A program made the translations under genes and the position numbers. Shown in pieces: positions 1 through 20,059 of a stretch of 64,000 nt of DNA; position 1 is the stretch's first letter; every line of letters begins with the position of its first letter. This stretch comes from the human T2T-CHM13v2.0 reference genome, Homo sapiens. A model generated the notes under the pieces. The model searched no databases. It was not told the DNA's origin and saw only the letters and a program-made list of their open reading frames with translations. The DNA is taken from assembly GCF_009914755.1 (NCBI RefSeq), contig NC_060939.1; one strand, 5' to 3'.

Positions 1-2346
1 CTGCCCAAGATTGGGTAATTTATAAAGGAAAGAGGTTTAATTGGCTCACAGTTCAGCATGGCTGAGGAGTCCTCAGGAAACTTACAATCATGGCTGAACG
101 TGAAGGGGAAGCAAAGCACATTTCTTTACAGGGCAGCAGGAAGGAGAAATGCAAGCAGTGGAAATGCCAGGCACTTAGAGAACCATCATATCTCATGAGA
201 ACTCATTCACTATCAGGAGAACTCACTCACTATCATGAGAACAGCATGGGAGAAACCACCCCCATGATCCAATGACCTCCACCTGGTCCCATCCTTGACA
301 CATGGGGATTACAATTCAAGATAAGATTTTGGGTGGGGACATAGCCAAATCATAGAATTCCACATCTGGCCCCTTCCAAATCAAATCTCATGTTCTCACA
401 TTTCAAGACATAATCATGCCTTTCCAACAGTCCCCCAAAGTCTTAACTTATTCCAGCATTAACCCAGAAGTCCGAGTCCAAAATTTCATCTGAGACAAGG
501 CAAGTCCCTTCTGCCTATGAACCTGTAAAGTCAAAAGCAAATTAGTTACTTCCTAGATACAATGGGGGTACAAGCATTGGGTGAATACAGCCATTCCAAA
601 TTGGAGAAATTAGCCAAAACAAAGGGGCTGCAGGCCCCATGCAAGTCCAAAATCCAGTAGGGCAATGTTAAACCTTAAAGTTCCAAAATGATCTCCTCTG
701 ACTCCATGTCTCACATCCAGGTCATGCTGATGGAACAGGTGAGCTCCTATAGCCTTGGGCAGCTCCATCCCTGTGGTATTGCAGGGTATAGACCCACTCC
801 TGGCTGCTTTCACAGCCTTGTGTTGAGTGTCTGCAACTTTTCTAGGTGCACAGTACAAGCTGTTGGTGGATCTACCATTCTGGGATCTGGAGCATAGTGG
901 CTCTCTTCTCACAGCTCCACTAAGCAGTACCTCAGTGGGGACTCTGTATGGGGGCTGTGACCCCACATTTCCCCTCTGCACTGCCCTAGCAGAGGTTCTT
1001 CATGAGGGCTTTGCCCCTGCAGCAAACTTTTGCCTGGACATCCAAGCATTTCCATAGATCCTCTGAAATCTAGGCAGAGGTTAACCTCAATTCTTGACTT
1101 CTGTGCAGCTGCAGGCCAAACACCACATGAAAGCTGCCAAGGCTTGGGGCTTGCACCCTCTGAAGCAACAACCTGAGCTGTACATTGGCCCGTTTTAGCC
1201 ACAGCTGGGACACAGAGCACCAAGTCCTAAGACTGCACAAAGCAGCAAGGCCCTGGGCCCGACCCACAAAACCGCTTTTTTCCTCCTAGGCCTCCTGGCT
1301 TGTGATGGGAGGGGCTGCTGTGAAGACCTCTGACATGCCCTGGAGACATTTTCCCCATTGTCTTGGTGATTAACATTTGGCTCCTCATTACTTACGTACA
1401 TTTCTACAGCCAGCTTGAATTACTCCTCAAAAAATTGGTTTTTCTTTTCTATCGCATTGTCAGGCTGCAAATTTTCTGAACTTTTATGCTCTGCTTCCTT
1501 TTAAACATAAGTTCCAATTCCAAACCATATCTTTGTGAATGAATAAAACTAAATGCTTTTAAGAGCACCAAGTCATCTCTTGAACGCTTTGCTGCTTAGA
1601 AATTTCTTCCACCAGATACCCTAAATCATCTCTCTCAAGTTTAGAGTTCCACAGATCCCTAGGGTAGGGGCAAAATGCCACCAGTCTCTTTGCTAAAGCA
1701 TAAAAAGGGTCACCTTTGCTCCAGTTCCCAACGAGTTCCTCATCTTCATCTGAGACCACCTCAGCCTGGACTTGATTATCCATCTCACTGTCAGCATTTT
1801 GATCAAAGCCACTCAGCAAGTCTAGGAAGTTCCAAAGTTTCCCACATCTTCCTGTCTTCTGAGCCCTCCAAACTGTTCCAGCCTCTGCCTGTACCCAGTT
1901 CTAAAGTCACTTCCACATTCTTGGGTATCTTTATAGCAGCGCCCCACTCTCTGTGGTACCAATTTACTCTATTAGTCTGTTTTGATACTGCTATAAAGAA
2001 CTGCCTGAGACTGGGTAATTTACAAAGGAAAGAGATTTAATTGACTCACAGTTCAGCATGGTTGGGGAGTCCTTAGGAAACTTACAATCATGGTGGAAGG
2101 TGAAGGGGAAGCAAGATACCTTCTTTACAGGACAGCGGGAAGGAGAAATACAAGCAGGGGAAATGCCAGGCACTTATAAAAACCATCATATCTCGTGAGA
2201 ACTCACTCATTATCATGAGAACAGCATGGGGGAAACCACTCCCATGATCCAATTACCTCCACCTGATCCCACCCTTGACACATGGGGATTATGGGGATTA
2301 CAATTCAGGATGACATTTTGGGTGGGGACACAGCCAAACCATATTG
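1..2346 (-). mobile_element. THE1-type (THE1C/D-like) MaLR retrotransposon with both LTRs and internal region
   Basis: Two homologous LTRs (<1-~357 and 1968-2346). The minus strand starts AATATGGTTTGGCTGTGTCCCCACCC, the THE1 LTR 5' end. About 1.6 kb of MaLR internal sequence lies between them. The left LTR is cut by the window edge. Confidence 0.9.
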
Positions 2347-2384
2347 GATGGACCTTCACTTTTTAGCTCTTAAAAAGGCTTTAT

Positions 2385-2795
2385 TTATTAGTTAGGGCTG
2401 GCTAAATGCTAAAATGAACATCCCCACAAATCTCAGCACTTTAACACAAGGCAGCTTTATTTCTTGCCATGTGCCAGCCTGATAGAGACCACACCATCAT
2501 GTAGGGACCCACATTTCTCCCATCCAGCAGCTCTACTATCCCCTGGGGTCACTGACTCCCTGCTGAATCCTCTCTAATGAGCTGAGCTGGCAAATAAGAG
2601 ATAAGGGAGAAGTGGGGATGCAGTGGGAGACTGGGGCCAGGCCTGGAAATGGCTCAGGTTCCTTCCATGCCATATTCTATTTTGATGGAACTTAAGTCAC
2701 GTGGCCACACCTTGCTTGGCCTTGGGAGGCCAAGAAATGTGACCTAGAAACACAAAGGCAAGGGCCATGGTCAACATCAGGCAGGGTCTCCAGCA
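2385..2795 (-). mobile_element. Old MLT1-family MaLR LTR remnant
   Basis: Begins TATTAGTTAGGGCTGGC...AAATCTCAGCACTTTAACACAA...TTTATTTCTTG, resembling reverse-complemented MLT1 LTR ends. Highly diverged. Confidence 0.5.
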
Positions 2796-3599
2796 CACTT
2801 TATTACCACAAGGTCATAAATGTATTCACCTATACTTTTCTCTGGCACACTTACAGTTTTACTTCTTGTCTATGTGTATTTAATTCCTGTGAAATTTGTT
2901 GGTCAGTGATATGATGTAGGGAATCTTGCTTTATTTTTTCCAATTAGGTTTCCAACTTATTTTATAAATTTTATAATGTGGTCCTTTTCCCACAGGATTT
3001 TTAGAAATTTAGTATTCCCCACGTGTGTCATTCTGTCAGTTAGAGATGCTTTCAGCTTCGTCGGAGATGTTTAATTTCACAAGACAGAGTTGGGAGCCAG
3101 TGCACCATTGGGTTGACTGCTCAGTGATGTCATGGCAGCATCTTTCAGGTTCTCTTGACCCGTCCCTCATGGTCACAGGCCAGCACAGCTTCTCGTATCA
3201 CATCACTTCAAGGTGGGAGGATTCTATGCATACCTCTTAGGAAGGCAAAACATTTGCCAAAAGTAGCCTAGCAGATTTCCTATTGCATTTTGGCAGCTCA
3301 TGGAGGAGAAAGAACTGGCCACATGGATACTTTTAGCTGCAGGAAAAACTGGTAAAGCAGAAGTCAGAATTGTCTTGATTCACTTAGCCCAATCATCAGC
3401 CCATGTATTAAGCCCGTGGATTTACTACATGGGGCTGAGCACATTGTAGCCATGAGCAAAAGCAAAGGTCTGTTGGCAATAAGGAAGGGGAATGGGTATT
3501 GGATGGGAAGTTAAGGGCATCTGCCATTATCATCTACCAAATTCTCTCTCTTCCCCCACTACCCTCACACATCTCTGCATTTTCTGTTCTCCTCCACGG

Positions 3600-4300
3600 G
3601 TCCATGTGTCTCTGTCTGTCCCTGTGTATCCATCACTTTAGTCACAATATCTTTATGTGTGAAGTGTGGGAGAACAAACATGCAACTTATTTTCTTCAAA
3701 ATTGTCTTGGAATTACTGGCTTATTCTTCTAAGTTTTAGAAACTGTTTGTCAGCTTCCACAAAAAATTCTGTATTGATTGCATTCAATTTATTATACATA
3801 TTAGAGAGGAACTGGCATCTTAACAATATAGTCTTCCCATCCGTTTATTGAAGTTCTCTTTCTATACCTCATTAAAGTTTTATTATTTAGGTTTCCTTCT
3901 TTTTGTGTGTTTTTCCTAATTAACTTACAGGAGATTTGGTGGGGGTTGGTTGGCTATTATGAAATAGATTTTTTTGTGTTGTTTTTAAAATTCTAACTTG
4001 GCTAATGTTGACATGTAGGAAAAGTGTTGATTTTTGGATGTTGATCTTGTTCCAGCCATTTAAAATGTTCTCATTTGTTGTAATACTTAGTCATGAGTTT
4101 GTTCTAAACCTTGATGGAAATGCTTCTAAAGTTTTCATTATTAGGTCTGATAAGTCCTAAAAAATTAGAATCAATATCATTTAATAAGTAGAAAAAAGGT
4201 TCCTTCTATTCCTGGTTTGTTTCAACTTGGTATAATGAATAACTGGGCTTTTTGGCATCTTTTAAGATGACCATATGGTTTTTCTCCTCAAATTTGTTAA
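3600..4300 (-). mobile_element. Ancient L1M ORF2 fragments
   Basis: T-rich sequence with L1 antisense motifs (AACTGGCATCTTAACAATAT, GATTTTTGGATGTTGATCTTG, TTCCTTCTATTCCTGGTTTG). Confidence 0.6.
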
Positions 4301-4669
4301 GATAGTGTATTGGCATGAGAATCATGTTTGGCTGTTAGTAACAGAGAGGAGACATTATGGCAGATTTAACAAGAGGAGAATTCACTTCTCTCACATGTAC
4401 GAGAATGAGGCACTCCAGGGTTGGTAATGGCATCTCCAGAACCCCACAGACTCAACTCCTTCCACCCTAATAACCCCCACAACCAAGCACCCAAGATGGC
4501 TGCAGCGGCTCCAAGGCTCTAATTTGTCTCTTTATCTCTTTTTCTGTGTTTTGGACTCATTTGCTAATCTTTAAGTTGTAAATCTATGTTTATAAATGGT
4601 ATTTGCCTTGGGTTTTTTTTTTTTTCTATTGCCTCTTTTCTAGTTCAGACATCTGAGTCATTTTACCTT

Positions 4670-5260
4670 TATCTCTCAATTAGGAATACATTCAGCTACA
4701 AGTAACCAGACATTTGACTTAACTGGCTTGAAAAAGTAGATACTTAGATGAGAATTATAATAAGAAGTCCAGGGGTGGACTGTCTACGGCTGGTGCAAGC
4801 GTTCCATGATACCATCGGAAATAGCTTCCTACTCCACCCAACTTTTCTTGGGTTTTGTCCTCTTGCATCATGTTTTATACTCCCAGAATGGTGGGTGGAC
4901 TTGCAGATGTTATTTCCTCACTCAAGGCAGAAAGAAGGGGAAAGGCATCACGAGAAAGGACTATTCCATTTAAGCCTGTCTCTTTCCATCAGGTAAGCAA
5001 GTGCTTTCCTCTAAACCCAACCAGTTGGAAACCCAACCATTTCCATCAGGTAGACTGGATCGTCGTCCAGCATGGCACATGCAGATTGGTGAATCACAGG
5101 TCAGGGAATAATGGGCTTTTACCAATTGCATTTCATCCCTGGGTGCTAGGAATTTTGTCTTTCTTTTCTGAAATCCAGGGTCTCAACTGCTCCCTGATAA
5201 ACCAAGATTCAGTCTGCAGTAGGTGCAAGCGTATGCAGTGGACAACATCTAAGAAGCTGG
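4670..5260 (-). mobile_element. Old MLT1-family LTR remnant
   Basis: TCAATTAGGAATACATTCAGCTACAAGTAACCAGA... resembles MLT1-type ends. Diverged; boundaries approximate. Confidence 0.4.
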
Positions 5261-6453
5261 GCTAGCACCTGCCCGTTGCCTTCTAGGCTCTGGATGTCAA
5301 TTTTTTGTATCTTCATTTATTTTCCTAAAGTATGTAATTCCTGTCAGTTCTGTCTTCTGAAACTCTTATCAGCCTCCCACTGGCCTCATAACATAGGTAA
5401 GCTACTCACCCTGGCAGCCCCAGGGCTGGCCCTCACCTTCACCCCCAGCCTTTTGGCCACCGGCTCTCCTGGAGACACTGGGGTATCTGTGCCCGGCCAC
5501 CACCCATGTTGCTCATCCAGCCCAGAATGCCCTCTTTGGACTTTTCCTTAATCCTCCTAAAAAATTTATCTTACCTTCAGCTGTCTTCATCTGCCAGGCA
5601 CAGAGAACTGTTCCTTTCTTATATTCCAATGGGTTTACTTGTAAGCAGTATTAGAGTACTGATTCCAATCTAGGTGGAATTTTGGGTATTTTCATGTCTG
5701 CCCATCAGAATGGAGCATGAAGGTAGGTTTAGTGTTTTTAGTTTCCTTTTGTTCATTTATTCAGCATACTTATTATCCTGTATATTCCAGCTTGTGGTGA
5801 TGTTAAGACAAATAAAACATGAACCCTGTCCTCCAGGGCAGCCTTCACAGACAGAAGAAGGAAGCAAGTAGGTTGGGGTGACAGCTCAATACGCAAAGTG
5901 TGCCCCACCACTTGTCACAATGACAATGGCAGGCCGGGAAAAGAGGCTGACCCATTAGGCTGTCTTTTCCTTGAAAATAAGGTGCCTTTACCCAGAAGAA
6001 CTGATTTAATGATTGGAATCAATAGGAAAAGTAGCAACCTGATTTGTAAGGTTTTTGGATTTTTTTTAAACCCTTGTCAATGGCACATTGGTCTGATTCA
6101 GGCACATATTTTATGCCAGTGTAACAGCTAGATTTGTGAGCCTGAAGAATAAAAACATAAATCTTTCAAAGCAAAGCGGACTTGCAAGCATTCCAATGCT
6201 GAAGGTTTAGAATTGTCAGGCAAGCTCTGCTGCGCATTTTCAGGGATGAGATAATCTCTGTGACATGGAGGTTCTCTTGTAAGGTGATCTTTTCAGGGTG
6301 TGGGCACATTACACTGTTGCAAGATTGTAGTTTTCTACAAGTCAGAACAAGTGTCACCATGTTTCGTGGCCTTACAAAGTTCACTTTCGTGATTAAGTCT
6401 TTTCTTCAAAACTATTGATTATTATTCCTTGTGGATTCTTTAGGAATTGTCTA

Positions 6454-6682
6454 CAAACTAGCCCAAATTTAGAATGGTTGGACTTAGGATTTTCTAACTT
6501 TAGGATAGATTTCTTGGGAGGTTACCCCATCGTAAGTCAAGGAGCATCTGGACTTAATGATGGTTTGACTTATTTCAACTTTAAGGTGGATTTATTGGAA
6601 TATTAAATTCATTTCAACTTAATGTATTTTCAACTTAAGATAAGTTTATTGGTGTATAACCCCATCATAAATTGAGCATCTG
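6454..6682. mobile_element. TcMar-Tigger-derived MITE (MER82-like)
   Basis: TA-flanked; internally repeated GACTTA.GAT / CCCCATCGTAAGTC.AGGAGCATCTG motifs; ends GAGCATCTG-TA. Confidence 0.6.
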
Positions 6683-6765
6683 TAGTTTTTATGAACAGTC
6701 TGTAACCTTTTTGGGATCATAAGCCCATGACTGTAATGACAGCTGTACACTTGCTGTCATAGGAG

Positions 6766-7022
6766 GAACCCTGGAAAAATTCTATATGCCATTGATGAGT
6801 ATATCATTTCAGTGCACACAGGAGAAGGCTTCAGTAGGTCCTACACTTACTGCTATTCCCAAATATGTAAATTTTAGAAGAGACTTTTCTTCCATCTTTC
6901 CATACTGGGAGAAAACTATGAGAAGGTACAACTGAGTGAGTGTCAACTAAGGAAATGTTTTGCTTCCAATCATGCATCTGTGCACATAATATATTTCAAA
7001 GGCACCAGATGTTTTGACCTGA
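6766..7022. repeat. Dispersed direct repeat, copy 1 (pairs with 18331-18581)
   Basis: Shared blocks CCTACACTTACTGCTATTCCCAAA, GAGACTTTTCTTCCATCTTTCCATACT and TGAGTGAGTGTCAACTAAGGAAATGTTTTGCTTCCAATCATGCATCT are identical in both copies. Confidence 0.95.
6851..6904 (-). other. Candidate 54-nt antisense cassette exon, copy 1
   Basis: Minus strand: CCTTCTCATAGTTTTCTCCCAG | 54 nt (YGKMEEKSLLKFTYLGIA in phase 0) | GTAAGT. Confidence 0.4.
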
Positions 7023-7319
7023 CACCTTTTGAAGACACCCCGTTCCATTGTAAAGGGATAGTATTGTGTGATGGAATAATGGTGACTTTTGGATCAAAGT
7101 GAGTCTATGTGGGAATCCTTACTCTGCCACTGGGCACTCTGGGCTTTAGTAAAATGGAACTAAACCACTGTCCCTGTGGAATTGTTGCCTGTAGGAGAGT
7201 TAACTCACCCTTAAAGCAGTAAGCACGATCAATGTAATTGTGGGCACTCAGCAAGTAACATTTATTTTCCTTAGTGAGATATATAGGGGATTTAGGCCCA
7301 TGGGAAGAATCTTTTTAAC

Positions 7320-8214
7320 TGCATTCAAATAAATTTGAAAACCAAGTTAAGATGGATAAATCTCTAGGAAAATATGACCTAACAAAATTAAACCATATAG
7401 AGATAGAAAGACTGGGCAGAGCAATTTCCACAGGAAAAAATTAGAGGAAGGTGTAAAAGAGCTCCCTGAAAAAGAAGGACCAGGAAGATTGATTCGTGGG
7501 TCAAATCTACCAACCTTCAGATATCAAATGGCCCTGGTGCTACTTAGGTTAATCCAGAGCATTGAAAATAAAGTGAAACTTTCCATTTTGTTTTATGTAT
7601 ATAATATTAACTATAAAGCCTGACAAAGATTACACATAAAAGTAAAAACCATAGCTCAATCTAGTTTATTAATATTAATTTAAGAATTTTACAGAAATCC
7701 AAATGCCATATGTTCTTACTTAAAAGCAGGAGCTAAGCATTAAGTACACATGGACTCAAAGAAAGGAACAACAGACACTGGGACCTACTTGAGGATGGAG
7801 GGTGGGAAGAGGATGAGGATAAAAATACTACCTAACAGGTCCTATCCTTACTACCTGGGTGGCAAAATAATCTGTACACCAAACCCCCATGACATGCACT
7901 TTACCTATATAACAAACCTGTGCGTGTCCCCCGAACCTAAAGTAAAAGTTAGAAAAAAATAAACAAGTATTATGGGAATCATTTAAAAAAGAGTTTTAAA
8001 TAAAAATTAGCAAAACCAAATCAAAAAGCACATAAAAAGAAACATCAATGAATGATTAAAGGAGATTTATTCCAGAAACATGAGTTAGGTTCAGTATTAG
8101 GAAGCACATTAATATAATTCATCATAGTAGTAGATTTTATGAAAAAAATAGTATGAAAGTCAACATCTATCCATAATAAAACCACTCAGTAGAAGAGGTT
8201 CATGGATACTTTTT
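7320..8214 (+). mobile_element. Ancient L1M ORF2 fragment (host element, resumes at ~16400)
   Basis: Degenerate ORF2 motifs (GATGGATAAATCTCTAGGAAAATATGACCTAACAAAATTAA; GGAGATTTATTCCAGAAACATG). Colinear continuation at 16400-16730. Confidence 0.7.
7696..7965 (+). mobile_element. 5'-truncated old L1PA (PA15/16-like) 3' UTR
   Basis: GGAACAACAGACACTGGGACCTACTTGAGGATGGAGGGTGGG...ATAATCTGTACACCAAACCCCCATGACA...AACCTAAAGTAAAAGTT plus an A-rich tail. Confidence 0.8.
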
Positions 8215-8387
8215 AAATGTGTGTGTGTCACTACCCAACTTCAAACTATACTACAAGACTACAGAAACCAAAACAGCATGGTACTGCTACAAAAAACAGA
8301 CACATAGACCAATGGAACAGAATAGAGATCTTGGAAATAAGACCACATATCTGCAACCATCTGATTTTTGACAAAAACAAGCAATGA

Positions 8388-8498
<111 letters not shown>

Positions 8499-8515
8499 TA
8501 AAGATTTAAATGTAA

Positions 8516-9021
<506 letters not shown>

Positions 9022-9577
9022 GGGAGAAGATTTTTATAATCTATCCATCTGACAAAGGTCTAATATCCAGAATCTACAAGGAACAAATTTACAAGAAAGA
9101 AACAAACCCATTAAAAAGTGGGCAAAGGATATGAACAGACACTCCTCAAAAGAAGACATTTAGGTGGCTAACAAACATACGAAATAGAGCTCAACATCAC
9201 TGGTCATTACAGAAATGCAAAGCAAAACTGCAATGAGATACCATCTCATGCTATAGTCAGAATGACAATTATTAAAAAGTCAAGAAACAACAGATGCTGG
9301 CAAGGCTGTGGAGAAATAGGAATGCATTTACACTGTTAGTGGGAATGTAAATTAGTTCAACCATTGTGGAAAACAGTGTGGTGATTCCTCAAAGACGTAG
9401 AACCAGAAATACCATTTGACTTGGAAATCCCATTACTTTATATACCCAAAGGAATACAAATCATTCTGTTATAAAGATACATGCATGTGTGTGTTCATTT
9501 CAGCAGTATTCACAATAGCAAAGACATGGAATCAACCCAAATGCCCATCAGTGATAGACTGGATAAAGAAAATATGG

Positions 9578-15985
<6,408 letters not shown>

Positions 15986-16377
15986 AAAGAAAATGTGGTG
16001 CATATACACCATGGAATACTATGCAGCCATAAAAAGGAAACAGATCATGTCCTTTGCAGGGACATGGTTGGAACTGAAAGCCATTATCCTCAGCAAACTA
16101 ACACAGGAACAGAAAACGAAACACCACATGTTCTCACTTATAAGTGAGAGCAAACAATGAGAACACATGGACACAGGGAGGGGAACAACACACCCTGCGG
16201 CCTGTGGGGGGGATGTGGGGGATGGTGAGCATCAGGATAAATAATGCATTTAGGGCTTAATACCCAGGTGATGGGCTGATAGGTGCAACAAACCACCATG
16301 GCACACATTTACCTATGTAACAAACCTGCACATCCTGCACATGTATCCTGGAACTTTAAATTAAATTTAAAAAAATT

Positions 16378-16402
16378 TGTGTGTGTGTGTGTATGTGTGT
16401 GT
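16378..16402. repeat. (TG)n microsatellite
   Basis: Interrupted GT run directly after the L1 A tail. Confidence 0.9.
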
Positions 16403-16739
16403 TTAGCCCAAGACCCAACACCCAGCATCTTTTTCAGTGTGGAAACACCAAAGTTATTCCCACTAAAGTTAGGAGCAAAGCAAAGATGCCCATAACCTCT
16501 CATAATATGTAATATTATATTGAATGCATTAATCAAGGAAATCAGACAGGATTTGGCAATAGAGAGATACTCCATCTCAAAAAAAAAGAGTTAACACAAA
16601 CTATATTTGCATTTGATATGTTGTGTATCTGGAAAACTAAAAAAACTATGCAAATTTGCTATAAATTGTAAGAACTTAGTAAAATAGCAAGATATAATTT
16701 TAGCACACAGAAATCAATAGCTTTGATTTGAGCAGTATA

Positions 16740-18180
16740 AATTGAAAGAGTAACTGTGTAATATGCTATCATTCCTGATTTTATTAGGAACTAGGATTTG
16801 GTGCGGGAAGGAGGTTCATCTGTAAAAGAGATTAGGTTAAGTAAAAACTCCTAAGTCTTCAATTTGAATTAGAAATATTAGAATGAACTCAAAATTTATT
16901 TTTAAAACAAACATATTTCTTAACTCTCCAAGAAGTCCTGTAAACGATGACTAAACCACTAGTTATGGGTACACCAAGCATCCAGATTGTGGTCTTGAAA
17001 AACCATTCTCAATAAAAAAGAGTCATAGTTCTTTGGAGAAATGTTGAATTCTAGATCCGGAACAGTAAATGTAGAAAAGGGACCTGAAACATTTTGTCAC
17101 ACAAAATATGTAGAAAAGACTCTATCAGCTACACTAGTGTCAAGGGAACTTGATTCAGGACTTAAGCATCAATAAAGACAACAACTGCTCTATATTGGAT
17201 AGATTGAAATGCATAAAATATGTTTAAATTGATGAATGCAAAATACTTCAAAAAAAAGAAGTAACAAATTGATCCCATGGAAGGAAGCTAGTGAACCAAC
17301 TCGTCCAAGTAAAATGATGAATTAAAAGGTCACAAATAAGCATCTATCTTGCCTTTTCTATTAGATGTCTACCACTGGGTGACCAAATAGTAGATTAGTA
17401 GAAGTTTCCCTTTAAGAATTCCAGCTAATAAATAAAGAATGAATGAATGAATTATGCTGCCAGTATATGCAACCCCTCTTGAATTGCTGGGTCTAGGCAA
17501 TGAACATCAGTGGCTGCTACCATCACAGGCAGAGACAGATACTCAGTGCCAACTGATGGAAGAAGACAGCACCAAAATGTGCCCCAAATTGAATCTGAAT
17601 CTGATCGAGTCTTATATCCCAGTGCTGATTTACATGAAATAGAGAGGACAGAGGAGCATGTGACATGGCACCATACGAGCAATCAGTAAAAGCCAGATGA
17701 TAGAAAACTCTAGAGAAAAATATATATATAAGATTTTTCAACAGAGGAAAAAAGATGGAGGCAAAATCTGTAGATTAAAAAAGACATATCAACCAAGTAC
17801 AATAAGAGATCTTACTTGAATTCTAATTCAAACAAACTGAAAAACTAAATATGTGAACTTACAACATTTGATATCATTGGAAATTTGCATACTGGATATT
17901 GCACTGAAGAATTATTGTTAATTTTTGGGTGGGATTATGGTACTGTGGTTTGTTGTAAAGAGTCTCTTAGAGAGAGATGGAAGTAGTTGTGGATGAAATA
18001 ACGTGTTATCTGGAATTTCCTTCAAAATTATGTGAGCAGGGGAAGGGTTGGAGATAGAGAAGAAGCATGGTTGGCTAAGAGTTGATGATTGTCATGCCTG
18101 AGGGATGGGTACATTGGCTTTAATATCCTTTTCTGTCTACTTTTATACATATTTAAATTTTTATTGGAAAAATACTTTTA
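16740..18180 (+). mobile_element. Ancient L1MC/ME-type 3' region
   Basis: GAATTATTGTTAATTTTT..., GGATGAAAT..TATCTGGAATTTCCTTCAAAAT, GAGTTGATGATTG..GGGATGGGTACAT motifs typical of L1MC 3' UTRs. Confidence 0.6.
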
Positions 18181-18330
18181 AAATATGTACCATCAGGTAA
18201 TTCTGTGTTCTCCTTGTTAGCCTAAAAATCTAAGCTCAAGAGTAGAGAGACTGGAATGTTGAGGTGCCATTTACAATTTCTAGTGCCCCACTTTCTCCTG
18301 TCAGTTAAACTACTGTTTAACTTGTATTAA

Positions 18331-18581
18331 GAACCGTTAAAGAATTTGATATGTCATTGATGAGTATATAATTTCAATGCATATAAGACAAAACCCCAGT
18401 AGATCCTACACTTACTGCTATTCCCAAAGTTACACATTTTAGGAGAGACTTTTCTTCCATCTTTCCATACTAGGAGAAAATTATGAAAAAGTACAATGAG
18501 TGAGTGTCAACTAAGGAAATGTTTTGCTTCCAATCATGCATCTATGCACATATTTTATCTTAAAGGCACCAGATGCTCTGA
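18331..18581. repeat. Dispersed direct repeat, copy 2 (pairs with 6766-7022)
   Basis: Direct visual alignment to copy 1. Confidence 0.95.
18416..18469 (-). other. Candidate 54-nt antisense cassette exon, copy 2
   Basis: Minus strand: CTTTTTCATAATTTTCTCCTAG | 54 nt (YGKMEEKSLLKCVTLGIA in phase 0) | GTAAGT. Confidence 0.4.
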
Positions 18582-20059
18582 GAGCTGGCATAAGACCCAG
18601 TCATGGCCCCTGAACAGAAGGCATGTCTCCCTCCCATTAAGCCCATTGGGTGTCCAGCCCGCGGCACCTGCTGGACAAGTGAAATGGGCTCAAAGCCCAC
18701 ACGTGTGCCTTCTCCGAGCCTCAGGTACAAGTGGTGGGTCCCGGCACTGCCCACTGTTGCTGCTGGAGCCTTCCTCAGTTCCTACAAGACAATGTGTTTG
18801 AGCGTATCAGCTTCAACAAGGGGAAAACTAAAGAGTGAAATGATCCTGCAACAATGTGAAGAACTTCAGTGTGCCCCACAGACATTCCTATAGCCACTTT
18901 TGTTTGATTTTCACACAGCCCTATCTGTCGCTGTCTGGCCAAACTTCTCTTCTTATTCCTAAGAAGCACCTTTCCTCTCCTCACCCAGGGCTTTTTACAC
19001 TGAATTTCCTGGAGAAATTGCTTCATCACAGTCCAAATTACTCTTAGACTCATCTTTAGCTGGTGTTGTGGAGGTTATGTAAGTAATATACGTGGCCAAG
19101 CTTTGGAAATGAGAATGTGCTCTACGCATTTGAATGTTTGGCAGAGCCAACCTTCCCAGAACTCATGCCCCCGCACTGAAAGACACCGGGCTTTCTTAAT
19201 TTTCATCTGAACCATGAAGACGCTCTGGAAGATGTGTTTCCCTAATGTGGCATCCACAGAAGCCTTTGTCCCCTAGTGCACCACGCTTGCCCAAGGTCAC
19301 AAGGGCGTCTGGCAAGGGATGGACCACACAGTCTCTTGGAATGTTGACCTGTGAGTTGAGACATCCAATTCATTTCACCACGGGAACCCAGGCATCTGAT
19401 CTTCTCACCAGGGTGGGCTTCCTCGCCAGGCCGGACAAGATGAACGCATGCCTGACCTTTTTTCATATTTAACCATTCACCCCCTTAACAGGGATGTATA
19501 AATGTATGGGTAGTCAAGGGTGGATTCTCAATACCAGAACAGTACATTTGCCTATTGTTTTAATCTATGTCAATGGTAATAATAGTAATAGTGCATGTTC
19601 TTTCAGTGTCATCTCACTGTATCCTTACTGCAATTCTAAGAGGCAGGGTTGTTCTCACCCTCATTGCTCAGATGTGACAACCAAGGCTTCAAGAAGTGAA
19701 GTGGCCTTTCCAGGGTTGCAGGGGCTTTGCACCCAGCCAGGCCATCAGCTCCCAAGCCTGTGCTCGACCCCAGATCTGTTCATCCACCCCTCTGTTCCCT
19801 TATCCCTGTGTTCAGTGTGCTTTATCATCAAACAGACCTGATGAGGGTGAGCTCCCACTCCCCACTCACTTGTGTTCCCCTGCCCGTGGCCCTCCCCTCG
19901 CTGGCCCTCTCTGAGGTCAGGCTCTCTGGCTGTGATGGGTGTTCACTTGGCTGCCTCCAAACCACCTGCCTCCCAGGCAGCAGCTTTGAGCTCATGCCAG
20001 GGCCTGGCAGCCCTGCAGAGCCAGGGGCAAAGGAAAAATGGTCATGCCAACCTTGCCTT

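Noticed and set aside
610-2173. Multiple ORFs of 60-123 aa
   Set aside because: All lie inside the THE1 internal region or LTR; degenerate MaLR sequence.
6166-6384. 72-aa minus ORF with leucine spacing reminiscent of LRRs
   Set aside because: No true LxxLxLxxN consensus; length is within chance.
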